This document shows, piece by piece, positions 1 to 16,119 of a stretch of DNA of 64,000 bases. The position numbers were made by a program, and so were the translations under genes. The first letter of the stretch is position 1, and every line of letters begins with the position of its first letter. The DNA is taken from assembly GCF_009914755.1 (NCBI RefSeq), contig NC_060928.1, one strand, 5' to 3'. Origin of the DNA: the human T2T-CHM13v2.0 reference genome, Homo sapiens. The notes beneath the pieces are model-generated. The model saw only the letters and a list, made by a program, of their open reading frames with translations. It did not search any database and was not told the DNA's origin.

Positions 1-583
1 TAGGTTAACTTAAAAGTCCCTATCCTATAAGATAAATAAAATAATTTTAAGTTTACCACAAACAATAGACCTACTGAGCTAAGTAAATGAGATCATACTA
101 CACAGATCATTCTATAGTTTCATGAATAATGTGGGATATTTTGCCATACCTGGTCACAAAGATCTTATTCTTTTTAATCAGCTTGCTAATATTCTAAAAT
201 ACAGATGTACCATTTCCCTACTGGTGAACATTCAGATTATTCCAACTATTTTGTTGGAATATTATTATTTGGTATTATAAATAATGCTAAAATTAACATA
301 CTTGTACATATATCTTTATGCATATTTCTATGAAAACTAATTTGTGTACACTCTTTGAATTATTTGTACTTATTCATAACCCATTTTTTCAATTTTATTA
401 ATTTTTAGAAGGTCTTTATTATGTTTGTTAAAACTTTGCTATATGTTACAAATATTTTTCTACTAGATAGTCTGATCTTGTTAAAATGTTTTCTCTCACA
501 GAATTCCATTGTAATAGAGTCAAATCTGTTTCCCTTTTTAGATATATGGCTCTTTATAGGGAAAAAAAAAAAAAGCTTTTTGA

Positions 584-889
584 GGCTGGGCGTGGTGGCT
601 AACACCTGTAATCCCAGCTCTTTGGGAGGCTGAGGTGAAGGATCACTTGAGCCCAGGAGTCCAAGACCAGCCTAGGGAACATGAAAAACCCAGTCTCTAC
701 AAAAAGTACAAAAATTAGTTGGAAACAGTGGCACACATAGTCCCAGCTACTCACAAGGCTAAGGTGGGAAGATTGCTTGAGCCTGGGAGGTCAAGGCTGC
801 AATGAGCCATGATCATGCCACTGCACTCCAGCCTGGGCAACAAAGTGAGACCCTGTCTCCAAAAAACAAAAACAAAAAACAAAAAAAAA
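584..889 (+). mobile_element. Alu (AluJ-like)
   Basis: Dimeric Alu with A-rich linker and tail; diverged. Confidence 0.9.
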
Positions 890-1825
890 CCCTTTCTGTG
901 TTGTGTGTGTGTGTGCACACACACACTTGCATGTGTATACAATTTCCTTCTCAGTTTTTATTTATTTGGACCCTATTCCTGTATCACTAGAATGGTGTTT
1001 TAATTACTACACCACTACAGTATAGCAAGCAATACAGTACAATATAACAATACTGGTCTTTATTTTTAAATTTTACACTGGATAGTTTCATTAACATACT
1101 CTACAACATATATTTGACAATCAGATTGTCAAACTTCCCGAACTTCTCAAAAGATAAAACAGCTATTTTGACTAGAATTGCTATTAATTTTACAGACTAG
1201 AACTTTGAATAGAGTCTACATTCAACACTATTTGGTTTTTCATTCTGAAAAATAGCTCTCTCTTCATTTGTTTGATCCTAGAATGAAGTGTTGTTATTTT
1301 CTTCATACAAATCCTATTCATTTTTTAAAATTTATTACTACTTATTTTATGGTTTTACAGCCTTATGATTGGGTTCCAACATCCATTCTACATAAATTTC
1401 TAACAACTATGTATAGAGGATTTTTTTTTCTTAAAATGATAAATATCAAATATACAAAATGAAAAATCAAGATTCTTATTAAAGAAAAAGTAACCATCAG
1501 CCTTTGCCTTTAAAAGAGATTATAGATAAAGCAAGAATATGACCCTTTTTGCAGTTCAAATGCACAGTATCTACTTGAGGGGAAAAAGAGAAGCTCAGAT
1601 ATGGCAAAGTGCACCATTTTTTATAATTACTTGGCTACACATACAAGGGGAAAAAGGGACAAGTAAACATACTAACAATATTGTAAAAGCTCCACAAAAA
1701 GGGAAAATCAACTGCAGAACAACTTACATGTGGCACATTATTCATATAAAATAAATCCACTCACATGGTAATTTTTTAAATTATTAAATGCTCAGACACA
1801 AATTTTCCTCAGAACACAACATTTA

Positions 1826-2188
<363 letters not shown>

Positions 2189-2399
2189 TTAACAAAATTA
2201 AACATAGTAATGACAACAAAAATACCAAAAAGACTGGGAAACTATAAGAGCTAAGACCAACATTCTAAATATCTAGAGAAAGGAAGATTTTTGTATTAGT
2301 AAAAATAACTTTTTAAAAAAGAGTAAAAGAAAAACATATATAACATAAAACAACAGTAAATACAACATATCAGTTAGATTAAACATACTAGTTATGTCA

Positions 2400-4530
2400 A
2401 GATAAGTAAATAGGCTTAACCTTCCTATTAGAAAAAGTTTCAAATTGCCTATGTGAAAAATATAATTAAAATAACTATAAGCATAGCGATCTGACTATAT
2501 ACCTTCACTGGGCTATACGCTATAAATAAAAAACTGCATAGAAATCTTAAACTTTATTGAGATTATTATTAGTAGTGGTATTGCTATAGTAATTCCAATG
2601 TTATATCATGTATAAGACAGAGCAAATGAATAAACATATATTGATGTTATTGGTAAACTGGATCTTCATTATGGAAGAGGAATATGAAACAAGGAAAGAA
2701 AAGAACCTTGGTGTCACTAGGAATTCAAATATCACTAGTTTTTAAAAGTATATTTTCTTATTCTGTCTAATGAAAAGAACCAATAGAAGCAATGACACCC
2801 AGTAATGCATCCATGATGTTGGCTTCCAAATACCATTCCCCACTAAGAGAAACAAGAACTTTTGGTAAAATAGCCAAGTCCAGGTCTGGGGTAAGAAAAC
2901 CATAAGGTAAGGAGAGAATGTTTTGTTGTGCCACAAAGCAAACTGGTGCTATAAAAATGAGGGGGCATGTCAAAGAAACAGAAACCAGACTGATTGAGTT
3001 CTCGCTGGCTAAATTTTAACAATTTGAGTCACCAAAGGATACACAGTCATGCGTCACATAACCACAGGGATATCTTCTGAGAAATGTGTTTGTTAGGCTA
3101 TTCCCTCACTGTGCTAACATCACAGAGTGTATTTACACAAGCCTACACGGTATAGCCCATTGCTCCTAGGCTACAAACCTGTATACCATATTACTGTACT
3201 GAATACTGCCTGGTAACTGTAACATGGTGCGTCTGAGAATATCTAGACATAGAAAAGGTACAGTAAAAATACAGTATAAAAGATTTTTTAAAATCATATG
3301 CCTATATAGGGCACTTACTATGAATGGAGCTTACAGGACTGGAAGCTGCTCTGGGTGAGTTAATGATTGAGTGAAGAGTGAATGTGAAGGCCTAGGTCGT
3401 TACTGCACACGGCTGTAGGCTTTGTAAATATACACTCAAACCACACTACATCTATTTTTAAACATTTTCTTTCTTCAATAATAAACCTTAGCTCATATAA
3501 ACTTTTTAGTTTTTAAACTTTTCTGACTTTTGTAATAACATTTAGCGTAAAACTAACATATTGTACAGCTGCACAAAAATATTTTCTTTCCTTTTATCTT
3601 TATTTTACAAGCCTTTTCTATTTTAAAAAATTCCTGTTTTACTTTTAAAACTGTTTTGCTAAAACCTAAGACACAAACAAACACATTAGACTAGCCCTAC
3701 ACAGGGTCAGGATCATCAGTATCACTGTCTTCCACCTCCACATACTGTCTCACTGGAAGGTCTTCAGGGACAATAACATGCACAGAGCTGTCATCTCCTA
3801 TAATAACAATGTCTCTGGAGTACGTCCTGAAGGAACTGCCTGAGGCTGTTTTGCAGTTAACTTTTTTTTTTAATAAGTAGAAGTACATTCAAAATAACAA
3901 CAAAAAGTATAGCATAGTAAATACATAAACCGTTAACATAGCTGTTTATTATTATTATCAAGTATTATGTACTGTACACAATTATATGTGCTATACTTTT
4001 AGACTGGCAGCACAGTAGATTTGACTTACACTAACATCACTACAAACATGTAATATGTTGGTTGTGACGTTAGTCCTAACATGTTATAACAGCTACAACG
4101 TCACTATGCGATAGAAATTTTTCAGCTCCATTATAATCTCATGGGATCAATGTCGTATATGCAGTGCATGACTACATAACAATAATGGATTTTAGTTCAC
4201 CGAATTAATGAAGAAACCATGAGCCCTTAGTGAAAGGACAGAAACTCCTTTACAGAAAGAAGAATGCCAGCTAATAAATGTGGAAAGAATAATAGATGTA
4301 GAAAATCATTTTGCAAGCATCAATGTAACCAATAATTCAGGCATAAATCAATAATGGATGTTAAAAACACTGGGTGAAAGGCTGTTGAGAAACAATGTTT
4401 ACTCAGTCTCAAGGCATTACCCCACAGATTAATGATTAATTATCAAGGGGAAAAGGATACTTTTACAATAGAGAAATCAGGTCACACCACCTTAACCAAG
4501 TAATCAAACTAAACATCATAAATAATGGAC
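2400..4530 (+). mobile_element. Old L1M (L1MC/MD-like) 3' region interrupted by Tigger3b
   Basis: Resembles the L1M 3' UTR-type sequence also seen at 24.8-26.5 kb, and continues on both sides of the Tigger. Boundaries approximate. Confidence 0.5.
3044..4174 (+). mobile_element. Tigger3b/MER7-type TcMar DNA transposon
   Basis: Starts CAGTCATGCGTC and ends GCATGACT (terminal inverted repeats), ~1.13 kb. Paralogous to the copy at 22113; both give a DDSS.V..EDLPV..VE.EDSD.DDP.PV remnant ORF. Confidence 0.88.
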
Positions 4531-7169
4531 CAAACTAATAATTCAGAGGATAAAATAAACAAACTTTAAGTACATACAAATATCAACATGAATAAATCTT
4601 GATGTAAATAAACACTGAGTGAAAAAAGCAAGTTAAAAAGTTATGCCAACAGTATATTATTATTCACATTTTAAAAGGAAATCAGTACTGTTTATCTTTT
4701 TATACAAATATGTGGTAAAAAGTATTGAAAACTTACAGGATACCTTTAGAAAAGTAATTACCTCTGAGAAGAGAGGCAAAAGAATGAGATTAGTAATCTT
4801 CAATTATATTTTTAATTTATTTTAAAAAGTTCTGAAACAGTGATAGCAAAAAGTTAACATTTGTTAAATTTTGGCAGTACAGATACATAAGCATCTTATA
4901 TTCTTCCTTGTATTTTTTATATTTTGAAGTATCATTTAAAATTGTTAAATTTAAAATGGACTGCTGCTACATAATTTTCAGTTTTAATAGCTATACAATA
5001 CTTAGTTCTGTAATTCTTGCTGTTTAAAACAACCGTTTTGAAGAACTTTGATTTAGAAGGTCACCAGTGGTTCCTATTTTAATCTTTAATGTAAATTAAC
5101 AGAAGCAAATTGGCACTTCCAAAATGATTCTAATAAGCAAAATGCATTCCATTTAAACAAATAAAAAATAATGTTAAAAGTATGCCATCCAAGTGGCATT
5201 ACATCTCCAGTTTAATACTTCCTGTATCTCATATTGCTTTTAAAACTGAACATTCTTTGGAGAATTGAAAGTTTGACTATTTTAATAATTTGCTTTTGTC
5301 AATCACTTTGACTAACTCTACAAAATCATCCTATTAAAGTTATTATTTTAAATATCAATTAATAGGTCTATAAAAAACCTACTGTTATAAGACTGGTGCA
5401 TAAAAAAATATAAATTTTTCAAGTGATTTAGCAGTAATTTAGTTCTTCATCATGTTCCTTAAAAGGCTTTAATCTATAATCTATTTGTAAAAACTTTCTA
5501 TTTTCTCCTTAAGAGAAGGTCAACGGCTTTCACTTCACTTGTCTAACATAATCATGAATTGAAATAAGAACTCTCAGCTCTTTGGAACGACAATGCTACC
5601 AGTATGCCTAGGCCAATAAAGCGATTCGTTCATTAATGCTGCTAATAAAGCAACCTTTTGTTAGTCTATGAAACATCAGAAACCTTACAGACTCTAACTT
5701 TGCAATTTTTCCCTGTTTTGCCACATGAACTTAAAAGTTCTCTTACATGCCATTTACTTTAATAACTAAAACACTATCATTCAAAAATTCAATCTTCCAC
5801 TCTAGGTAAGTTAATAACTTAAAAAATATTCGCTCCAACTGCAGAAATTTCTAGATGAAATTATGTTTTAATTAATTATTCTCTTGTGTTTTCCCATAAA
5901 AACCAATCTGTATAGAAGTCTGTGCTATCTTCTATTAAACAACTAAAGGAACTACCCATATAATATTCTCAAAAAGAAAAGCATAAATGTTCATTTATTC
6001 AATTAGCACCAATCAACTACAGTAAGCAAGGCAAAGAAAATACAGCAAAGATTAATACACAATTCCTGCCCTCAAGCAACTCAATTTAGGGAGTAAGCCA
6101 GGTATCTGTAAAAATTACTGTAAGGTAGTTTATAATATTAACTACTAAATATAATAGTATAAAGAATATAATTAACAGAGCTTAGACAGGATTTTTTAAA
6201 ACCTTCCATGAGACTTTTGAGGCTAAATAGAGAATAGTCTATTTTAGGTAAATAAACAGCACGTATAGAAACACAGATGCATCAAACACCAAGGTAAATT
6301 CAGAAATTCTTAATTCTGTAAGGCTCAAGGGTATCATGTATGTAAGGAATTATTAGGAAATGTCTGTCAGTTCACAAAGGGCCATGTTTGTGTTGCCCTC
6401 GAATTTGAACTTTATTCTAGGCAATTGGCAGTAATTAAAAGGCTATAAGAAGTAGTGTATGGTGCTCAGTTCTGTTTTTTAGAAAAGTCACTCCTGAACT
6501 ACCTGAATTCCCAAAAGCTCTTATTTTCAATAACTTCAGAATACATAAAGCTTTTGGTAATTCAGGTACCTCAAGAGGACATAAATGGTAGGCTTCCAAG
6601 CCTACCAAGACATTCATACTCAGTATAACTATATACCTACTCTATACTGCTAACTTAAGTTTAGCATTTTCTAAACTAACTGTCACTTAAAGAGAAAAAT
6701 CAATACATGAAATATTGGTTCTAATATTAGTCAACTATTTTTAAACCTCTTCAAAGTATTGGGAAAATATCAGTTTCCAGGAATTATAAAGTCATGTTAT
6801 TGATACATTTTAAGAGTTGCAGTTAAAGTCAACAGGATGTGTTTAGAATTTATAAAATTAATCTTAAAATTTAGCCCACTGTAATCCTTACTGTGAACAT
6901 CCCTGGAACTGAAACCTGGCACCCTTATCTTCTTCTGAGCACTGTCTTTTATGCTTACTACCCTCCCCTCAATACCACCCCCATGCCTACCTTGAAAACT
7001 CCATGTTCTTACATGACCCTGGGCTACAGTGAATTAGTCCAACTTGACCCAGCCATACCAATGTTTTCAGTTGTTACCTATTATGACTAAATCCATAAGC
7101 ATTCTTTAAAAAAAGCCTTGCAAACATGTTTTCATTTCTATTAGGGAAGTACTTTCTTCAACCACAAAA

Positions 7170-7520
7170 AATGGAACTAGAAGTCGCTACAACATGAATT
7201 AACTTTGAAAATATTATGCCAAATGAAATGAGAGGACAATAAGACAAACACTGTATGATTCTATTTATGAGGTACCTAGAATAGTCATAATCATAAAGAC
7301 AGAGTATAACATACGTTACCAGGAAATCAGGGGAGGAAAGATGGGAGTTATTGTTTAATGGGTATCAAGTTTTTATTTGCGATGATGAAAAACTTCTGGA
7401 AATGGACAGAGATGGATGGTTGCAAAATATTGTGAATGTACTTGATGCCACTGAATTGTATATTTAAAAATGGTTGAAATGTAAATTTTATACTATGTAT
7501 ATTTTGCCACCAATAAAGAA
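7170..7520 (+). mobile_element. L1MB-like 3' end
   Basis: Typical L1M 3' UTR motifs (gatgatgaaaaacttctggaaatgg; tgtgaatgtacttgatgccactgaattgta). Confidence 0.75.
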
Positions 7521-8869
7521 AAAAACCTTAGAGGAAAAATTTGTTACTTATTGGACTCCCTAGAACCCAAGAAAGTAAAAAAGATCTAACATTTAATAAG
7601 TACCAGGCATTACATATACTACCTCAAATAGCCCTCCCAACAACACTATAAGGTACACTTAGTATCTCTGTTTTAATGAGGAAGAAACAGGCAAAAAGCA
7701 GATAACTCAAAAGTCACAGAGCTAGGAAATATTGGGCATAGGACTCAAACCCTGGCAGTCTGACTCTGTCTCTCAAGCAGCAGCATAAGTTAAAAAAACA
7801 TTCATTACAGAAATCTATGTTGTTAAAATTGCCTAAATACTCCATGGAAATATGAACTGGCAAAAATCAAAACATAATCCTGCACCTACAATACCAATAG
7901 TGTGTATCTGCATTAAGGACAACATGTTTAATGGTATAATTATAAGCAAAGCAGATTTTTTCTATCTTTATTACTTATGAGCTCACACCTTCATTTGGCA
8001 GTAAGATATATCAAAATTTAAAACATACAGCAAGCAGTACAAAAAATAACAAAACAACAAGCTCTTAAAGATCGCTGTCCCTGATAAATACCAAAACTAA
8101 TAGTCAAAGGAAGAAGCACATTAGAGAAGAGAGAAAAAAGAGGTGATTTAGAATATTCTTTGTAAAGAGGAAAGGGGTCTTTCACTCACACGGCTTAATA
8201 CATTAATAAGGAAGAAGCATAATAAAGCTCAAGGGCATTTGAGAACCAACTGACAGGACTTTCCGGATATAGTTCCAGATCTAATAACACAGTTTTATTG
8301 CCCCTTGTTTTTATCAGATGCCAATAAAATCAGAAAGAAACCATTATCATTTCTCAGTCATTCTCTCACATTCATACATTTTATAACATACTGACCTTAC
8401 AACATAAGCAGTAATAGAATAGCTCTTCAATTTGGGTATCCTTCAATTTTTTTAAAAAACTACACCAACATAATCATTCAATAAATGTATTATTATTCTA
8501 GACATTAAAACAGCAAGAATAGATATATCTTTCCCTCCAAAAACTTAGGCTTAGTCTAGTGTAGAGGTTGATAATAGTTAAGCAAATAAATCATAATTAA
8601 GATAAAAGCTATGAAAGGACTTAACAGGGGCACTTAAAACTAGTGAGTGTTCTGAATCAGAAAAGGCTTTCCCCCATGGACGTGACGTTTAGAATGATAT
8701 TTGGAAGATGTCTTAAAAAGTCAAGAGGAATTCAGGATAGTGGCTGGTGGGGAGAAAGGAGTGCTGAATCAGGGTACGATTCACAGAGAAGAAAATTACA
8801 TTAGTAAGCATTCTTTATTAAGCTGGCAGTCAGACCACAGGTGCTGTTTAAGTGTCTTCGTAACTTTGA

Positions 8870-9800
8870 TTTAAAAAGATCTTTATATGGAAAACTTTGA
8901 ACACACAAAAAACAAACAAAATAGTATACTAAACTTCCCCACATCCATTACTCAACTTCAGCAACCACCAACGTTCTGCAATTCTTCTTTCATCTACACC
9001 TCCCACTCCCTGTCACCTAACTCAATTATTTCTATAATTTTTAGATAAAACTTGTTTATTTTATCTAAGATACATGTATGCCATTGAAATACATACTTCT
9101 TAGCTGTACAACTTTAATAGATAAGCCCATGTAACACACACCTCTATGAGATATGGAACATTTTCATCACTTCAAGAAGGCCCCTTATGCACCCTCCCAG
9201 TTGAATATCACCATTTTCCAGAAGCAAAAGGCAACCTTTGTTCTGTTTTTATTTTTTCACTCCAGAGTAGCTTTGCCTCTTCTAGAACTTAATATAAATG
9301 GAATAATACAGTATCATGTCCAGCTTCCTTTGCCAAGTATGTCAGATTCATCCATGTCATGTTGTGTACATTTGCCATTCTGTAGTTCTTTTATTACTGA
9401 GTGGCATTCCATTGTATGAATATACCAAAAAATTTTTAGTCATTAATCCTATTGACATTTGGGCTGCTTCTAGTTGTCAGCTGTAAGGAGTAAATCGACT
9501 GTAAATATAATTTTTAAAAGTTTTTTGTGGACATGTTTTCATTCCTTTTCCGAAAACACCTAGAAGTAGAATTGCTGGATCCAAAGGTGTATGCTTAAAT
9601 TTATAAGAAATTGCCAGTGGTATTCCAAAGTGGCTCTCCCATTTTATACTCACACCAGCAATTTACGAGTGTTCTGGATGGCTTCCTAGAATATTTGTAG
9701 TTGACAGTCTTTTTAATTTTACCCCTTCTAGTTGGTTTTAGTGATTATTTTATGGTTTAAGTCTGCATTTCCCTAATAACTAATGTTTTTATCTTTTGTA
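8870..9800 (-). mobile_element. Old L1M fragment
   Basis: Antisense L1 ORF2-end/3' UTR motifs (gagtggcattccattgtatgaatatacc; gaattgctggatc). Confidence 0.7.
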
Positions 9801-10294
9801 TGTATTGAAAACTGGGTAATGTTGTAAATGAAAAATGAGGAGCATATTAACATAGGAAATAAGAGCAAAGACTCTGGAGGAAAAGGTATATTACGCCTGG
9901 ACCAAGAGGCCGTGCTTTGCTATAGTGCAGCTATGGCAAAGAGTAACAAAGAATAGTAAGGCTAAGGAGGTAGATTAGGGTCAAATCACATGGATGGGGA
10001 TTATTATGAGTTCAGATTTGAACTCGTTTTTTTAAGGTACCTCTAGGATAAGCTAAATGGCATTATTAAATAGGTCTGAAACTCAGGCAAATTAAGTGCT
10101 GGAACAACAGGTATGCAGTTCCTTCATAAATGGAAATCAAAGTGGTAAGACTGCCTGGGGAGAAATAACAGAAGTAAGAGAAGCAGAAAATACCAAAGGA
10201 CCAAGACTCAAGAAATTTCTACTTTTAATAACCAAGCAGAAGAGAAGCCTGTTAAAAAAAGGCTGAAGAGCAATAGATCAGAGAGGCAAAATGA

Positions 10295-11015
<721 letters not shown>

Positions 11016-12242
11016 GTGAGAGATCAAATAAGACCAAGTTTAAAAATATTCACTTAATTTACTAACAGAGAGGTTGTTGGTATCATAAGCAAATACTATT
11101 ACAGTGGAATGAATAAACTAAACAGGTGAGTCAAAGGTGAGAAATGGAAACAATAATTTCTAGCATTTGGCTAGGAAAGAGAACAGAAAGGTCAGTAATG
11201 TGGTACCCATTAATGCTTATTGTTTTTATTTTTTTAATAGCAGGAATTAAGCGTGTTTAAATACTGACGAGAAGAATCAAGTGTAAAGAAAAGTTAAACA
11301 TACAAAAAAAAGGGAAATCATCAACAGCATAAGGTACTGCAGAGAAAGGGAGAAAGCCTTAGATAGAAAGCAAGACTACCTCTATTTTAACATTAAGAAG
11401 AAAGAAAATATAGAAAAGATAGTGGGCAACTAAGGGTTGCACCAAGTACTCCGGTTTTCACTGGAAAGTAACAGGAAAAGTTTTCTGTAGAAAGAGAAAG
11501 GGCATGTTGGAGGTCTGAGGAGAACAGATGATTGAAACAGTCATGGTAAAGATGAGGAAACTAGCTGACAAGGATAATGCAGTGGATTCCCATGCAGTAT
11601 TAGGGTCTGTGATCAACAATCATGAATTTATAATTTTTTTTAAATGTCCTTTGAGGTAACTTTTTACTGCAGCATTCAGGTGGTATAGGAATGAAAGAAT
11701 CTGATAACCGAGTTAATCCAGAATTAGGATTTTACCAAATAAGTGAAAAATCACTTGTCTGAGGAAGAGAAAAATCAGTAGATTTGAGGAGATCAGGGAA
11801 ATAAGACCAGGATATTGGAGAGTCTATGTAAGGATGCTAAAATGTTTGAGAATTATTGTAGGACCTGGAATGTACAAGGAGATTATGAGGAATACACCAC
11901 TATCTTCCCAGAATAAGTAAAATCTACCAGAAAGGCTGTAGATAACAGCTAAAAGGAGGTTGAGACCAATAACTAATACTGTTCTAAATGCTTTACATTA
12001 TTAACTTATTTCTTATAATAATCTATAAGATAGGAGATGATACTATACTACTAATATTGATGAAGAAACAAATATAAGGAAGTTTTAAGAAACTTACCCA
12101 AGCTTGCTCTCTTAAACTAATTGTAGGACATTAAATACCAGAGTGAGACAGCTTCAGGGTACAGAGTTCCTAAATAATGTGAAATTTCAATTAAGGAAAT
12201 TTATATAGTATAAGCTATACTTCCAGTCCTAACACTGTATCA

Positions 12243-12617
<375 letters not shown>

Positions 12618-13056
12618 ATTATTTTAAATTAATCCTTTAGCCACCATGAAACAGAAATCTTTAAGTGTGTGCCAGTAACATGGAAAAAACAGTAACATAT
12701 TAAAAATATATATATTAGGCTACAAGTTGGCAATGTTTCTTCCCTACAATGGGTTGCTAGTCTTAACCTATATTTATCCTTTGACTCATATGTAGGGACT
12801 AGAAATGAGACTTTTGGCCCTTAGTGGGAGACTTCAGTTCTGAGATACCCCTTTCTACTCCATACATTAACACACACATAAAGCCAAGGCCCAGGAAAAG
12901 CTGCAATTTTAGTAAAGTGGTCCTACATAGGTCAATAACAGAAGAAAAATATAAAGACATAGGCTTAGAAAGCAACAAAAACCATCTTTATTCACTACTT
13001 ATATGATTATCTGCATGAGGTATCCAAGAGAATCTATCATTAGAAGTAAGAGTTTA

Positions 13057-13360
13057 GGCCAGGTGCAATGGCTCATGCCTGTAATCTCAGCACTCTGGGA
13101 AGCCAAGGCAAGAGGATCGCTTAATCCCAGGAGTTCGAGAGCAGCCTGGGCAACATAGCAAGACCTCATCTCTACAAATAATTTTAAAATTGGTTGGGTG
13201 TGGTGACATGCACCTGTGGTCCCAGCTACTTGGGAAGCTGAGGTGGGAGAATTGCTTGAACCCAGGCAGTCAAGGCTGTGGTGAGCAGTGACCACACCAC
13301 TGCACTCCAGCCTAGGTGTCAGAGTAAGACACACCACCTCAAACAAACAAACAAAAACAA
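13057..13360 (+). mobile_element. AluJ
   Basis: Full-length diverged Alu with (AAAC)n tail. Confidence 0.9.
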
Positions 13361-13571
13361 CTAAGAATTCAGCAAGATTGAGAGATACAAAATCAAGATA
13401 CAAACAGCAACTTGCTTCTTAGCAATTTGTCTCTTATACTAATTGGTTTGTAGCTACCAGTAACAAAAAGTATTTTTATAAAAATTTGCCATTCACGATG
13501 GTAACAAAAATCATAAAAACCTAAAAAAAAAAAATCTAATGAAGACTTCTATCAAGAAAAAAATGGAACTG

Positions 13572-13850
13572 GGCCAGGCGCAGTGGCTCACGCCTATAAT
13601 CCCAGCACTTCGAGAAGCTGAGGTGGGTAGATCACCTAAGGTCAGGATGGCCAACATGGCGAAACCCTGTCTCTACTAAAAATACAAAAATCAGCCAGGC
13701 ATGGTGGCAGGCGCCTGTAATCCCAGCTACTGGGGAGGCTGACGCAGCAAAATCACTCGAAACAGGGAGGCGGAGGTTGCAGTGAGCCGAGATCACAACA
13801 AAAGCAAGACTCCATCTCAAAAAAAAAAGAAAAAGAAAAAAGAAAAAAAT
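13572..13850 (+). mobile_element. AluS with internal deletions
   Basis: Alu missing parts of both arms; TSD-like aaaaaatggaactg / aaaaaatagaactg. Confidence 0.88.
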
Positions 13851-14202
13851 AGAACTGTATTGAACAGAAATATCAATGACAGTCAACCAATGTAAAGGTG
13901 ACAACTATCCCCACTGTAACCTGTAAATTCAATGAGATTCCAATCACATTTCCAACAGGGTTTGTTTTCTGTTAAATTTTCATTAGGGTCAGGGTGAAAT
14001 ATGATTAGCTGACCCAAAATTTTCATTGAGAGAAGATTCACCTTATCAGATAACAAGATTTATATCAAAACTATTAAAATTAACACAATATTGTAAAGAC
14101 ATGAAAGCAGACCAAAGAAGCTATGATACAGAAGAGAGATTCTACAAATGAACTCATGTAGTAAATCTGAAACTTTTAAACAATGTTAAAAACCGACACG
14201 AA

Positions 14203-14503
14203 GGCCGGGCACAATGGCTCACGCCTGTCATCCCAACACTCTGGGAGGCCAAGGCGGGCAGATCACCCGAGGTCAGGAGTTGGAGACCAGCCTGGACAAC
14301 ACAGTGAAATCCCATCTCTACTAAAAATACAAAAATTAGCCAGGTGTGGTGGCGGGCACCTATAATCCCAGCTACTCAGGAGGCTGAGACAGGAGAATCA
14401 CTTGAACCCGGGAGGCAGAATTTGTGTGAGCCAAGATCGCACCACTGCACTCCAGCCTGGGAGACAGAGTGAGACTCCATCTCAAAAAAAAAAAAAAAAA
14501 AAA

Positions 14504-14538
<35 letters not shown>
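14203..14538 (+). mobile_element. AluS followed by a (CA)n microsatellite
   Basis: Full Alu, poly-A, then a CA run at 14505-14538. Confidence 0.92.
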
Positions 14539-14539
<1 letters not shown>

Positions 14540-16119
14540 TGAGATACTTGCAATGCATATTACCAAAACCATTAATATCCAGATTATAAAAAGAATCACC
14601 ACAAATCAATTTAAGGTTCAATACCCAATAGGAAAAAAATCAGCAAAGAACATAAAAGATTCACAGAATAGGAAACTAGAATGATCAAAAACTATGCAAA
14701 GACATTCAACTTTACTATAAATCAAAGTAATGAAAATGAAAATCATCAAACTCCATTTCTCATCTTTCAAATAGGCAAAAAAATCATAGCTAGATAAAAT
14801 TAAATGTTGATAAAAAAAAGTGTGGAAACATGTTAATGGGTATAAAATGGTAGCTCCACTTTGGACTGGACTCGGCAATACTTGATAAAGTGGCACCTGA
14901 ACCCTGTGATTCAGCAATTCTACTTTCAGGTATCTATCCTAGATAAAATTACAGTAAGTACCTATGTACGAGCATTACAATATTATTTGCCAAAAGGTAG
15001 AACTGCATTATCTCTATAAAACTTAGCATTATTCAACCTGGAAAACTAAACAGTAGTTACAATGAATGAACTAAATCTACACATGTCAATATGAACACAT
15101 CTAGAAAAAAACACAGGTCATCTTTTGTGTAAATGTTTTATGTGTACAAAAACAGCAGGGAAATAATCGTAAGGACTTTAGGATAATGAGTACCTCCAAA
15201 GAAGGGAGAAAAGTATGGGGAGGGAAGAACTTTAAAAGGAAATCAAACGAGGCAAAAGGTTAATATCTGCTTGACCCTGAGGTTAGATACACAGGTGTTT
15301 GTTATACTACTTTCTGTCCTTTCTTTGTATCTTTGATTTCATAATTTACACAAATTTTAAGAGACTGCAAATAGTAAGCTTAGTGAAAAGAAATTGCAGA
15401 GGGCACAATGGAAGGAACTAGGAAGCATGAGAGAAATAGAAGGCTTTTGTCAAGGCAAAAAAAAACTCATAAAACATTAAGAAGACAGTAATTCAGAAGA
15501 TATGATCACCTACTAACGAAAACTACTGAGAGGCAAGTCTCAGACTCCTTGAGGAAGATGGAAATTGGGCCTCATGGCCAGACTATGCATCTAACTAGTT
15601 TATTATCTCAGCTCATTCAGCCTGGCATCACTGTGATTCTCAGCAACTCTCATCACTATATATTATGAGGGTGACTGTGCTGAACCTTGAATCTAATAGG
15701 TGCAAGACATTCTGTTGGACAATGCAAGCGATATAAAGAGGCATAGTACTAGTTTTCAGGGAGCTTATCATTTAGTGCGGAAGCTAAGATGCATACAGAA
15801 AAACAAAACAAAACAAAAAAACACCTTGCACTTAATGTCTAAACAAGTGCTACTGGAATTCAGAGGAAGAAAAAAATCCATCAGGCTGCTGGGATGGTAT
15901 AAGAAAGGTTTCATAACAATAGTGGAGCTCAAGCCAAGTAGCAAAGAAGAAAAAGCAATTCAAAAGGTACAAAAATTGGCATTCCTGGTAAGAAAAAATG
16001 ACAGCAAAGGATTGCAGAGCTCTAGGAAGGGAAAAAATAGAGTATAAGTGCTTGACAATTTTTAGATCTCAATTAGAAAAATAAAATATTTTGACGATAA
16101 ATAAAATCTTTAAAGTTAG

